A stretch of DNA of 64,000 nucleotides from Octopus vulgaris (lineage: Eukaryota), in the NCBI GenBank assembly GCA_951406725.2, contig OX597818.1:107012001-107076000 (forward strand). The letters are read 5' to 3'. Shown here one piece after another: positions 25,633-39,140 of the stretch; positions within the stretch are counted from its first letter, which is position 1; each line of letters starts with the position of its first letter. The notes under the pieces are model-generated. The model worked only from the letters and a program-made list of their open reading frames with translations, searched no databases and had not been told where the DNA came from. Made by a program: the position numbers and the translations under genes.

Positions 25633-28600
25633 GCTTCCAGCTTTTCAAAACAAACACCTACTCAATTAACAATGTTCTATTCTGTTGAGTTTCTCCACTG
25701 TTAAATGGATGGAGTTTTAGATAAAAGGACCATTTTCCTCTTTTCTCTTAAAACTCATATGACTACTTTGAGAAGAAAACCAAAAATTGCAGCAGAGAAT
25801 AAAATATTAATCTCACAGAGCTCACAGGCATCAACACTACATATTTTTGAAGGAAAAATTCTTGATTTGTAAATTCTGCTTTTCTCTCTTTCACCTGAAA
25901 TTATATATTACTTTCTTTTTGTTCCACTTCCATTTGTAATGTGTCAAAATTCTTGCTGCATTTCATCTGTGGAATCATCAGACAACATTAAACTATTTGC
26001 CTTATTTTGATTATTTTTACTTTTAGAAAAATATTTTTGGTGGAACTCTGCTCAAATATTGCAAGAAAAATATTATTACCATTCGTTAGCATAAAGTTTC
26101 GTTCAGAATTGAAAACTTGCTGGATTTGACTTTGCTTTTAATTAATCCAAATATCAAAAATTAGCTACCAGTAATATATGTTGGTAATTTTGACAATATC
26201 TTTTCCAAATACAAAAATTAACTTGGTGTGTGTGTATATATAAAGTCAATTTCCAAACATTTGGGGTTAATTTTTAGATCAAACTTGAATAAGTGAGAGG
26301 TGCAACTTGGATCGAACTTGAATATGAGATTTGGCGAAGTTATGAAAATGTTTAGGTTTGGTTTTAGGTCAACCCATAAAAAACACACTTCATGATTGAA
26401 GGGGCTCCAACCATAACCATCACATCTGTTTTATCGATCATGTGTCATGAAACAAATTATTCAATGCATCTTTTTGTTAGAGGAATTATTGTAGGGAGAT
26501 TTGGTAGCCTTTTCTATCCAAGAATGCAAAGGTTTCTTCATTGATTCAGGAGAATGCTTTCATATTTGTTGAATGTTTCTCAGTTTTTTTGTTTACAATA
26601 CGGTGCCTCTAACGTCAACATTTAACTCACCTAATTCTATAAAAATAGCAGGAAGCTATAAAGACCCACCAATGTAAATAATAGTGGAACTGCATATAAT
26701 GGTTTTGTATCACTGCATAAAAGCCAAGTAAACGTATTTGTGAGTAGAAGATAGTTATTTTGATAAGTCGTTCATTATCACACCTGTCTCTGTGCACTGA
26801 CCATCTTTTAACATAAATATCAATAATGTATACCATTAAAAATCAGATCCATATCCGATGGTGAAATATAACTAGAAAAACACAATTTCACCTTTATTAT
26901 TTAAAAGCAGGACTTAATCTCTTCTATTCAGATTATCTCAGCATGAGATAATCTGAATACCATTGTGTTTAATTTAATAAAAGTGCTCCAGGGATTCACT
27001 GAAAGGGGGAGAGAATGATGAATCCATTGGTAAAATAACCCTTATGACCAGGAATTCACAACAGAGAATGAGCTCAGTACAATTGCATGATGCTGCACAT
27101 GATGCTGCACAGGACATAAAAGGGATGTGTGAGGACCCTGTTGAAGGAATGGCAGTGCATTGCTTCACCAGATAAGATGCTGCAAAATCAAGCCCAAGAA
27201 TCAAATTACAGTGCCAAGGACATCCACAACTTGATTCAGATGAAAAATTGGTACAGGCTCTTCAGAGCAGACGTTGGTGGTGAGATGTTAACATAAAAAT
27301 GCAGTTCTACCTTTATTGGTAAAATGCAGAGTTTAATTTCTTCTGTTCAGATGATATCACCCTCATTTCCCTCCTACGCGAACACAATTATGTTTAAACT
27401 ACGTATTATAGCTTAGCTTCATTTGAGAGTCTTTGGGAAGCGAAAAGACAAATATGATAATATAATTGTTTTTGAAAGAAATCAAAGCATTAGATTTGTC
27501 TCTAGTAGAACTCTAGATTTGTCAATAACAATTCTAAATGTCTTGGAAAGTTTGTTAACTTGGATGCAAGCATAATGTTGAGTAAAATTTCAGTCTAGAC
27601 CAGAAGAAAGTCTTTTGGTCTCAGCAAAGTCTCTAATTTGGTTATAGTTTCTGTTTCTTCATTATTATTCAAGCCAAAGAGGATGAGGAAAAGTTCTCAT
27701 AGATCTTTGAATGGTTCCAGAATCATGCTGATTATGGGATTCATATGCATATTGAAGTTTTGCAAGATGATTGGAGGATAAATAAGGATAAGAAAGGAAG
27801 CTTTGAGCTGTTTAGAACTGAGAATTGGTGATTAAGACAGAATTCAACTGAAAAGAGGAGTGGCATCTGGGAGTTGTGGTTTGAATTGTTCACAGAGGAT
27901 CAAATATTATTTAAAAAGTGTAGAGGTGACAGGTTGGCCAATATGGCCCTTTTAGGGAGCTATAAGCTGCAGTGTGTTGAGGGGGCATACTTATCAGATA
28001 CAAATCAACAACTGTAGGATCCCTGATGTTAGAATCCAAGAAGTAATCCATTGGTAATCCAGGTGGAATGATGGTAATGCTTATCTATCAATTGGATGGA
28101 ACTTACTTTTGGATGTGGTCTCAAATATTTGCTGGTGCAAAAGCCATAACTTGCAAAATATGTGAGCTAAATTTTAACATGGAATGCATTTGAACCTTGT
28201 AGAGGTGGTGGTGGTGGTGGTGGTGGTGGTGATGATGATGTGGTATCAATAGCTGTTCAAAGCTGAAGTATTTACTAGTCCTAAATGTGGAAGTGTAGTG
28301 CCTTGCTTACTAGGTTTTTGTATATCATCTCTATGTGATTTCTATGAAAGGTCAGAAGAGAGTGTGTGTCCTAATATTTGTCATAGCACATAGGAGGGTT
28401 TTAGAATGAGTTAAGGCTTTTCTAAGCATATTTGCACTGAGGTAACTATTTTACTTTTGTTTACCTTATATAGTTTTGGAAAAAAGATCACAAATCTTAG
28501 GCTTCGTAGCTATCAAGTAATTAATAAGAAACCATACCAAGTATTTCTCTAGAATTTTGTGTAAATCTCACAGTATAATGCTGTTACTTTGTAGTAAAAA

Positions 28601-29351
28601 ATGCTAGCTTCTGCTGTGTTTTGATAATTGAAGGTCAAACTAATTCGTTATTCATCTGTGTTTCATGAATTAGTAACTCTTGCTAAAATTTTAATGAGTC
28701 GTCAGCAGGAGTTAAACCCTCGGTTTAGATTTTATAAATGGCCTTTCATGCAAGCTCTGAGGATTTTTACAGAAATGTAGAGGTTACAGGAGTGAAATGC
28801 AAACTTGTTATGAGGAAAAAAGAAAATTCTGCTGAAAATAACTTTTGCTTTTCATAATTTATAAAATAAATTTACGTATTGAGTATGAAGATAATGTACA
28901 CTGCAGATTCCTTGTACATCTTCTCAACGGTTAAAACTGTCATTCATGTTCCAAGTCTGTAGTAGATTCTTAATTTCCATTCTGTGTTACACATTGAGCC
29001 ATTATTGAGGGTTCCAATAGTGTATTATTAATAGTTAAGAAACCCTCATTCATTCCCTCTGCAGCACAACATGGATGACCCCAAGGGAGGGAAAAAGGGA
29101 AGAGAGAGGGGGGGAAAAGAGAGAGAGAAGGAAGAGGGGGGAGAGAGAGGGAAGGAAAAGTGAGAGCGAGGAGAATCAACTCCAGTGCTTTTACTGATTT
29201 TTCATTTGTTGATCCCAGAAAGATAAAAGACATGGTTGACCTCATCAGGATTTGAACTCAGAGCATAACCTGCCACAATAAATACTGCAAAGCATTCAAC
29301 CTGATACAAAAGCAATACTACCAGTTTGCTGCAGCTTTAGTATTACTTAGT

Positions 29352-29720
29352 GGAGGCACAATGGCCCAGTGGTTATGGCAGCAGACTCGCGGTCATGGGA
29401 TTGCAGTTTCGATTCCCAGACCGGGCGTTGTGAGTGTTTACTGAGCAAAAACACCTAAAGCTCCACGAGGCTTTGGCAGGGTGTGGTGGCGAACCCTGCT
29501 GTACTCTTTCCCCACAACTTTCTCTCACTCTTTCTTCCTGTTTCTGTTGTACCTCTATTTCAAAGGACCAGCCTTGTCACACTCTCTATGTCATGCTGAA
29601 TCTCCCCGAGAACTGCACATGTTTGTCGGGTGCTCAGCCATTTGCACATTAATTTCACGAGCAGGCTGTTCTATTGATTGGATCAACTGGAACCCTCATC
29701 ATCGGGACCAACAGAGTGCC
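29352..29720 (+). mobile_element. tRNA-derived SINE, family C
   Basis: GGAGGCACAATGGCCCAGTGGTT...GTTTCGATTCCC; matches 56166-56559. Confidence 0.88.
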
Positions 29721-30419
29721 AAGAAGTATTAATTAAATTCATCCCAAATCTAATTAATAGATCCTGCACAGACAGACTACTTCTTTACCTTATGCTTTTG
29801 CAACTTATTTCCATTTCCCTATGATTATAAACTTTAAATAATTCAAAGTTTTTAATATATAATACTCTAAAGAGTTGTCCTAATTCTCAATTTTATTCTG
29901 CTTCTAGAGGCTGTGTGCAGCAGAAACAGTGGAATACTGGGCAAACAAAAAATGCTTAACAGTATTTTGTTTGCCTTATGTTCTGAGTTCAAATTCTGTC
30001 AAGTTTGACTTTGCTATTCATCCTTTTGAAGTTGATAAAATAAGTACCATTTTGTGGTTGATATAACCAACCTATCTTCTCCCTGCAAACTTCTGGCCTT
30101 GTGCCATAATTTGAAACCAATATTGGTTATCAAAAATACATTGTGGTCTGTTGATTTGTTGCATGAAAAAATATTCAATTGTAATGTCTCCAACATACTC
30201 TGATGTATGTACATGCGTGCATACCCATGTGTGTGCGCACACATGCACACACTCACTTGTACGTATGTATGCATGCATGTATATTTGTGTGTGTGTGTAC
30301 ATATGTATGTGTGTTGTTGTCTCATATAATATTCTCTCTCTCTCTCTCTTTGTTTATACTGTCATTACAGCCCATATTTTCTTCTACCTGAATATAGGGT
30401 TGTTTCGAAGAGAGATAAT

Positions 30420-30800
30420 CAAGCAGCTATTTCTCCTTCCTGTTTTATATTCACATGGTTTATTTCCATATATAGGAAATTGTTCTGGACAGATTCCATT
30501 CCAATGTCATATGAATATGTTATTATCAGGTCAAAATGTTTCTTGGCTTTATAGATGTTGTTGCAATGAATTTTTAGGTCATAGGAAAGAAGCTGAGAGT
30601 AATATTGATTTTCATTGGATGAAAGTCAGTATATATATATTGGCCCACTATAATAGAGAGGTAAAATGGTTTACATCTAGAATGATCTGTGGCAGTGAGA
30701 GGGAGGCAATCCTTTTGAATATTTCTTTGAAGAATCTGATTGCATTGGTGACTTTTATTTTTTGAATTTAGTAGTTGCTGAGGAATTTGTCAATCTCAGA
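30420..30800 (-). mobile_element. highly decayed R4/Dong-like RT core fragment
   Basis: Minus strand gives remnants of GIFQGD (EIFK..DCL) and FFxDDLK...AKKHFDLIITYSYDIGME (cf. FSxDIGMxFGxDKC). Confidence 0.5.
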
Positions 30801-31568
30801 ACTTTGTGACAAGTGTTCTTGGAATTTTTATATGGTGCTTTTTGCAGTGGAATAATACTGTTACATACTCACAGTGCTTGTAAGTAGAACCTGCTTAATG
30901 TATAAACTTAATGTTCTACCTGCTTAATGTAACAGCCAAAGTTCTTTTAACTATCTCTGGAATGTGACCCACATATAAAAAGACATACATCTTAGTATAT
31001 AACAACAAATCTGGTGAAGTCCCTACCAGAATGACAATGAAATTATTAGGTTCAAACGGCTGTAACGTTTCTCTGATATTATTACGTCACAAGACATAGT
31101 TTTATATTTATAAATATGGTAGGGTGTCACGTTTTGCAACTGGATGAGTTGAAGAAATTTGACAGATTGAGATTGAGCAAAAAACTTACTCTGTAGAGAA
31201 AATATCCTCTCTTGAGATGTTAAAAAAAGAAATCCAAAAAACTAAAATCAATGAAGAAAACTTGAAAAGTTTTGATCAAAACCTTTAGGCAATGTAGATA
31301 GGTTGGAGAAGGTCTATCATTTTACTGTCAACTGGAGAAAGCAAAGAACATGTTTCAAGCTTGTTAGACCTCCTTAGCAAAGCATATTCTTCTTAGATAA
31401 CAAGATTTGAGTGATCAGTATGTGTGTGTGTGATCTAAATTATTAGGTATGCTAGGTAAGTGCTGTAACGCATTACTGGGGCTCCAGTAAAGCCGAGATG
31501 GTAGTTATAGAGCCATTGCAGATTTCCAGTGCAGCAGATATATAATTGCTAAACAGGATGTCACACAT

Positions 31569-31721
31569 TAAGGCAAGGCAAACATCTCAAGTCATACAAT
31601 ATCATTATAGGAAGCAATTCAAGATCTTACAGATCGGGGATTTCCCAGAGAACAGCTGTAAGATTTTAAATTTCTTCCTATAATAGTATTGTATTTGACT
31701 TGAGATGTTTGTCTTGCCTTA
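31569..31721. repeat. palindrome centred on a partial hammerhead (inverted PLE-like terminal repeat)
   Basis: Arms TAAGGCAAGGCAAACATCTCAAGTC...TCTTACAG and CTGTAAGA...GACTTGAGATGTTTGTCTTGCCTTA; centre CCCAGAGAACAGCTGTAAGA. Confidence 0.75.
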
Positions 31722-31745
31722 GCATTTAATGTCCTCATTAACAAA

Positions 31746-31800
<55 letters not shown>

Positions 31801-31835
31801 CATATATACGTACGTATATGTATATACTTATATCT

Positions 31836-31876
<41 letters not shown>

Positions 31877-33887
31877 CATATGTGGGCACAGGACATCACA
31901 AAACATGTACAACAAAAAATACGAAATACGAGTACATGGAATATGAACTATTTTTCGAACAATGAAAAATACAAATGGAAAACAAAACAAACAAGATAAA
32001 GAACGACCCTTCGTCAGTTGTTGGCTGTTTTTCTACTCTTGAATTTCGATCATTTAACAACAATATACGTTTTCGATAAAACAGTTGTTCCCATAAAGCA
32101 AATTAAATAAAATTTGGGATTTTGCAGAGGGTCAAAGCTGGTAATACAAACAGGACAGTGAAAACAAACAGGAAGGGCTGGTAAGCCTAAACGAGGTTGT
32201 AGTGGTGAACGTGTAAATCAAGCTTGGACAGGAGACAGACAGGAACATGTCTTCCTTGATCTAGCTACAATGGAGAGAAAGAAACACAAGTTATGAGAAG
32301 AAAGATGACCGATGGTCACGTGGGAGTTACGTGAGCAAAGGAGGAAGAGTGAAGGAGGGAGAGAGTGACAGACAGAGAGAGGAAAAATTGGAGATAGGAT
32401 AAGAGAGGAAAAACAGGAGAGGGAGAAGGAGAGGTAGAAGAATAAGAGAGAAAAATGAAAGAGTAATAGGGTATATATATTGAGTAGAGACATGATTAGT
32501 CGATAACCTGTCTCTAAATATGAGACAAGCAGCTACCAAACTGAAACACTCTGGTGGTACATTCCAGAGGAGGAGGAGGAGGAGGGAAGTTGGAGTAGGT
32601 AGGTAGTTAAAGCAACTGATATAACCACAGAGTGGACTGGTGTTTGTAAGGGTAGGGAGTAGGGACCTTTGGTTGCCCATACTTGATCATATGTTGGTGG
32701 GGAGAGGGGAGTTGAGGGAATTGATAGTTACTGGTAAGATAAATGGGTATGCATATATGTGTGTGTGTGTGTGTGTTTGTATTTGCATGCACACATGTTT
32801 GTTTATGTGGCTACACCCATTCCCGTGTCTGTATGTATATATGTATATGTGAGTGTGTATGCATGTATATGTGTGTGCGTATGCTTGTATATGTATTTCC
32901 CTCTAAGAAGTTTAAATGTTTCAAAACAACAAATTCTAATAGAATTAGTCTCTGGATGATACAGATAATCCAAATCAGAATGGATTTGGAATTTTGTGGC
33001 TAAGTGATAATACCAAAAGACTTGTTCTGCTTTAATTAGACATCATTAATGAGGAATATTCAACTGCTTGATTGTTTTAAACTCAATTAGAAAGAATTTC
33101 TATCCACCTGTTGCTTGAATAATCTCAGCTGATTGAAGTGTTTCCTCTCACAACATTACATATGTGCAAGGCACTGTTATATTTGTATTTCATAGGCAGA
33201 TTACTTCCCTGAAGTATTTCCCTCAACCAGAGAATTGTAGTTATATGAGCAAGAAAGATTGTAGAAGAAATGTACCACTTATCTGCTTGTTTGTCAGCGA
33301 TTATTATAGAAGATCAAGCACAATGCTAGAGAAGCTGGCTATGATACCTCTTTGCCTTTGTTATCTATCAGTTTTCTTTATTTTAAAATAACAGTTGCTT
33401 TCATACTGCAACTTGCAGATGGCCAGGTTGATTAGCTGCTTGCTTATTGTTCAGAGAGACGACAGTTTAAGCTTGTCAAGAGGACAGTAATTTGTCTTGG
33501 GTAGTATTACTTAATTATCACTGATCCAACCATTGGGTGACCTTAGATATGCTCAGTAAATATCAACAGTTGTTAAAATGAATTTGTGATTTGTAAGCTA
33601 AAGTAATTTCCTTGGGATCCTGGGAGAGGCGATTAGAAAACATTTACTTCTTTTAATCACCTTTTATCAAGAATAACATCCTCAGTGACCTCAAATAATA
33701 CAACAGTAATAGAATATGTCGTTAGCGTTTTGGCTTTCTTTTCAGACTCAGACAAACTTGTTAATCATTCTAATCTTTGATGGTTTTATCTTCCATAAAA
33801 TAATATTTTCAGATATGTTAGAATTGTTTAGTGACAACCAGGTTATAGATACATGGTAACAATTTTTTAGGTTTAATAGCGTCTTCT

Positions 33888-34270
33888 ATCTTTTACTTGT
33901 TTCAGTCATAAGAATGTGGCCATACAGGAGCACTGCCTTGAAGCATTTTTTAATCATGTGAATCGACCTCAGTACTTATCTTTTCTTTAAGTCGGTTACT
34001 TATTCTATCAGTTTCTTTTGTTGAACCACTAAATTATGGGGATGTAAACACACCAACAATGGTTGTTAAGCATTGATGAATGACAAACACACACACATAC
34101 ATTTATGTATTTATGACAGGCTTCTTTCTGTTTTCATCTATGAAATCCACTCACAAGGCTTTGGTCAGCCTGAGGGTACAGTAGAAGACACCCGAGGTGC
34201 CACATATTGAGACTGAACCTGAAACCATGTGATTGGGAAGCAAACTTCTTAATGGTGCAGCTATACCTGC
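33888..34270 (-). mobile_element. family A SINE
   Basis: TCTTTTACTTGTTTCAGTCA tail and head in reverse. Confidence 0.8.
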
Positions 34271-34279
34271 ACCTATATG

Positions 34280-34549
34280 CATGGACCCAAAAACAGGGGG
34301 TGCTGGGGGTGCACTTACATTCCCTAAAATTTTTGTGGCATACAAAATAAAAATGTTCACCCCTGCTTACTTTTCTCAGGTTTAGCAAGCGTAAGTAAAA
34401 AAGGTGATCAGTAAAAAGTACCTTGAATTAGGTTTCTTCTCAAAGAAAAAAGAACATAAATAAATAAATAAATAAAACATGAGCTTATTTCTAAAAATTT
34501 TGGGGCCTCGGTTTCCACTCACTCAGTAAATTTCATTTCTGAGTCAGTG
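34280..34549. mobile_element. old hAT-like MITE
   Basis: Imperfect TIRs CATGGACCCAAAAA vs CACTGACTCAGAAA (rc); imperfect 8-bp TSD CCTATATG/CCTGTAAG. Confidence 0.5.
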
Positions 34550-35069
34550 CCTGTAAGTAGACATTTTGAGATTTAATGGTGTGTCATTATTATTATTATA
34601 AAATACGTTTTTAAGAGGCTGTCATAACTTACTTCGGTTTCAAAATGCAATCACAGATCAAATCTTGATAAACAGACTCAACCACAAAACAATATTTATT
34701 GGTGAAGCTACCTTTGTAGAATTTTTATGGCTTAATGCTGTCGTGAATTTACTATTAGTTATGGTGCTTTGATCATTTTGTTTTTACATAATTGATTACT
34801 TTTCACCAACCTCAAATAATGAGTAATTTAATGAGCCAATGATGGAGTTTCTAACTTACTAAGAACGACCTGGTAAATCTCTTTCTGATCACACCATCTT
34901 TAGAAAGGAATGATGTATTGGACAAAATAATCATTGCTAGGCCAAAAAAAAACCCAACTAAAACAACAACAAAAAGAAGTAAACAAAACAAGATATTCAT
35001 GGCTTAAATATGTTTGATCATAGTTGTACCCAAGGCTAAACAACAAGGACAACACTTTGGTTAATGTGG

Positions 35070-35295
35070 AACTGTTTAGCATTTAAACTGCCCAAATGAG
35101 AGCAAAATATCTGAGCTGTTTTATGCTCAAACCTACCAGATCTGGCCTCTCACACCTATCCTACAATGTCATTCTGAAAATAAAGAATCATACCATTGAA
35201 ATCTCGAAACTATGAGATAATACATGATTAATTCGAAACTATGTGAATAAATAAGGATCACATTTGACAGAGGAATCTAGATGCTAAAGGGTTAA
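35070..35295. mobile_element. MITE with TTAACCCTTTAGCAT-type terminus
   Basis: Right end ATGCTAAAGGGTTAA, degenerate left end AACTGTTTAGCATT; related internal sequence at ~7060-7400. Confidence 0.55.
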
Positions 35296-35999
35296 ATACC
35301 TTATCTTTGTCTATTAACAATATATGCACCCATGGCTTTTGTGATGTAGTTTTAAATGCATAATACTATGGAGATTCGGTTGAAGAATAAATGTTTCTAG
35401 TGTTTGAGAAAGAATTGCTAAAGCATCTGGCAGAATGCTTTGCAATATTAAGTAAGGTGGTTTTATATTATGAGATAAAACCCTGCCAAAGAAAACTTCA
35501 TCTTATCCCTTCAGGAGTTGGAGAGATTAAAGTAGAAGTCAGGTTGTGAGGTTGATATAAAGTAGCAAATATCAACCCAAGGAATTTTACCAATTTTTGC
35601 CTGTCTCAGAGTTGCAATAAAGCTATGTCAGTGACCAGGTCACAGCTGTGTGACAAAAGGTTTGAGATATCCTCAAATAAATCTGAAGTTTTTTGAAACA
35701 GCTTTGTTTGTTATTAAGCAACTAAAATGACATATGATGTAATTGCTTCAGTTTGAACACACAATCTCAGATCAAGTAACTTGCTAGACAACAATGACTC
35801 TGAAATCAGAAACCCTTATTGTTTCAAAGTTAAAGCTAAGGCCCCATATCTGTGTGATTAAAAGGTTTACTTAAAAATCACTGATCTCTGGGTTGACTCC
35901 TTTGACACGAGTTTTCTGCTATGATTTCAACCAAACTATAGTCTTACGAATGAAATTGAGTAGACATCCATCAGATGAACTGTATATGTAAACTTGTTT

Positions 36000-36212
36000 T
36001 CAAATTTTGGCAAAAAACCAGTAATTTTAGAGGAGAGTATGTTGATTACATCGATGTCCAGTCCTCAGGTACTTATTTTATCACCTTCAAAAGAAAAACA
36101 GGCAAAGTTGACCTCAACTGAATTTGAACTCAGAATGTAAAGATGGACAAAACTAAAATGCCACTAAACATTTTTACCAGGCATGCTAACACTTCTGCCG
36201 GCTCAGCACCTT
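36000..36212 (-). mobile_element. decayed family B SINE
   Basis: GGCAAAGTTGACCTC...GAATTTGAACTCAGAA...CTGCCGGCTCAGCACC. Confidence 0.7.
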
Positions 36213-36376
36213 CAAGTTTGATCAGTAAATTTGAAGGTCAAACATTGTGACATTCTGAGGCACATTGATTGGACGTGAGGATTGTTAGAGGTTTAAATCT
36301 CTATGGAATGCCCTCTTTTGCTATAATCCAGTGATTAGGGTGACTTCATTCATCAAACAACTGGAAATCAAAAAAT

Positions 36377-36439
<63 letters not shown>

Positions 36440-36965
36440 TATTAAATTCTTCTAGAAACTCATCTGACATTTGTTAATACTATAAAGAGAATGATACTTC
36501 TACTTGCTTTATTAATGTTGTTCTCTGTTAAAATTGTCAATGATGTAATAGTTTTGAGTGGAAATAATTGCTTTTGTTATATAAAAGTCTTTTTTCCTTG
36601 CATTTATTGAAGAAAACAGTAAATAAAAATACCAAGAACGAAGAGACAGGTAATGGCTTGGAAAAAATATTCACTAAATATTGACAAACTGTCTCATAGT
36701 ACTGGGTGTCATGTGTGTTGTGTTTTTTCATGTGGATGTGTGTGTGTATGTGTGCGTGAGAGTATGTGTGCAAATATATATATATATACATACATGTGTG
36801 CATGTGTATGTGTTTTTGTAAGTATATTAAGCTATACATGTCTACCACTAAGATCATGCTCTACGCTTCTTAGTTTCTTGCTGAGGATGTACCAGTTACT
36901 CTCTCATACTCATATTGCAGGCATATACAATATATAATATTATATCCTATTATATAATATTATAT

Positions 36966-37009
<44 letters not shown>

Positions 37010-37664
37010 AACACACACACACATATAATATATATGCACATATATATATTTTATGTATATACATATATACATATATACATATATACACACACATGCACAC
37101 ATGTGCACACACACATGCATATGAAAGAAAACAAAGTATGAAAGGTTGTTTATAAGATGTTTAATTACATCACCTTACATACAATTCACTGGCATAAAAG
37201 GTGATTATTGGTTACATAGTGTAAATTTACAAATTACATAATCCACACTTGCTGCTAAACTGTCAGAAATGTGTAAGTTTACACACCACTCCCATACACA
37301 AATGGATACACCCACATTTTTTCAAGACATTTTTGATAGTCACTGAATGCTCAACATGCTAAGATAGAGCTACAACAATATAATTTGTAAGAATACACAT
37401 GCAAAATATATTAGGAGGTACAAATATTAATACCAAAGTAACATTTAAACTTTACCCCAGGTATATTATGTTTCAATTTCATTTTTCAATCCTTTTAATG
37501 AGGTGAAAAAATTTGGTTCCTATCACAGTCCTCTATAAACAGCTTTAGACTGTTCCATGTTTTTGGCGGAGAAGGTGTAAGGAGGTTATTATATGAACCA
37601 CTTTTGTCACTGGACTATTGAATCATGGAGGACAATCATATGTGTATATGTGTATGAATATATA

Positions 37665-37695
<31 letters not shown>

Positions 37696-37746
37696 GCTAA
37701 CATGGAAAACGGCCGTTAAACGATGATGATGATATACATACATACA

Positions 37747-37794
<48 letters not shown>

Positions 37795-37799
37795 CACAC

Positions 37800-37845
<46 letters not shown>

Positions 37846-38815
37846 GTATATATATAGTTAGATAGATAGATTGATTGATTGATAGATAGATACACATACA
37901 TGTGCACCTATACAGGTATGTGTATATATGATGCATATATATAAGAGAGAGAAAGAAAGAGAGGAAGAGGGGGAGAGAGAAAGAGAGAGCGAGAGAGAGT
38001 GACAGAGGAAGGGAGAGAGAAAGAGAGAGATGTATGTGTCATTGTGTTGTGTATGGAGTTTAGGTATTGTATATGTAAGTGGTTTGCAGCCAGAACAAAA
38101 TCGGAGACATTAATGTGTAGCAGTAGCTGAGACTCCTTCTTCCCCAAATGTCACTAATGACATCGTTAAGAAAGTATAAGAGGATAAAGCTCTTAATAAA
38201 ATGTACAGATGATCAGATGAGCTGCTGCTGCCGCTGTGATGGCCTTGTTTGTTTGAACTTCATTGATACTTACACCTGAGATCCAAAACTATTGGAAAAG
38301 ATAAAAATGTCTGTAACTCAATAAGACTGAGAAAAGATTTCTTTCAATGCCGAGACAGTGAATGTTTCATATTTCATTTTCATTTTTCCTTGTATTTGGA
38401 TTAAGTAAAACAAAGAAAAGATGATTCGTGAATTTCACTAATCTTCAGCATATTACAAAAACAAATTAAAATAGAATAAAAACAAATTATCAAAGAAAGC
38501 ATTGTGGAACGCAGATGGCAACATCCAAATCTGATTAGTTGGTTGTTGAGACTACTAACGGCTGTGTAGTTGAAGTCTGTACAGACAGGATTAAGAATTG
38601 TGATGAAGGCATCAGTGAGTATGTGAGTTCACATCACTGCTGTGTTATTTGGTGGTCATAGCATCCTGTGCTGCTGACAGAGTTGCTGCTGCTGCTGCTG
38701 CTGCTGTTGTTGTTGTTGTTGAGATGCAGGTCAGTTCTGGCCAAAAAAGAGATCATCGCATCTTTTTGTACAACAGGGACTGCATTGTACAGTCTCTTCT
38801 TTATTTATAATAAGA

Positions 38816-39140
38816 CATCATCATCATCATCATCATCATCATCATTTAACGTCCGTTTTCCATGCTGGCATGAGTTGGACGGTTCGACTGGGGTCTGGGA
38901 AACCAGGAGGCTGTACCAGGCTCCAATCTGATCTGGCATAGTTTCTACAGCTGGATGCCCTTCCTAACGCCAACCACTCAGTGAGTGTAGTGGGCGCTTT
39001 TTACGTGCCACCAGCACAGGGGCCAGATGATCTGGCATCGACTACGATTGGATGGTGCTTTTCATGTGCCACCTGCACGGAAGCCAGTCAAAGCAGCGCT
39101 GGCATCAGCTATGTTCAGATGGTGCTCTTCATGTCCCGAC
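38816..39140 (-). mobile_element. RTE-type 3' end
   Basis: (CAT)n TTTAACGTCCGTTTTCCATGCTGGCATG...CCCTTCCTAACGCCAACCAC. Confidence 0.85.

Noticed and set aside
25950-25985. Minus-strand CTGATGA...GAAA
   Set aside because: Stem II has only 2 bp and there is no UH cleavage site.
28757-28782. CTGAGGA...GAAATGTA
   Set aside because: No stem II and stem I does not pair.
29352-29425. tRNA-like sequence (also at 17205 and 56166)
   Set aside because: SINE heads that run into repeat bodies; no complete cloverleaf.
30151-30765. 204-aa plus-strand ORF
   Set aside because: Starts in a microsatellite and is antisense to a decayed RT fragment.
31170-31290. Peptide IEQKTYSVEKISSLEMLKKEIQK, like a Tc1 transposase C-terminus
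   Set aside because: Too short; no DDE motif or TIR found.
32480-32570. Minus-strand LWNVPPECF...IFRDRL, like a CR1/L2 LINE C-terminus
   Set aside because: Single short motif, not enough to annotate.
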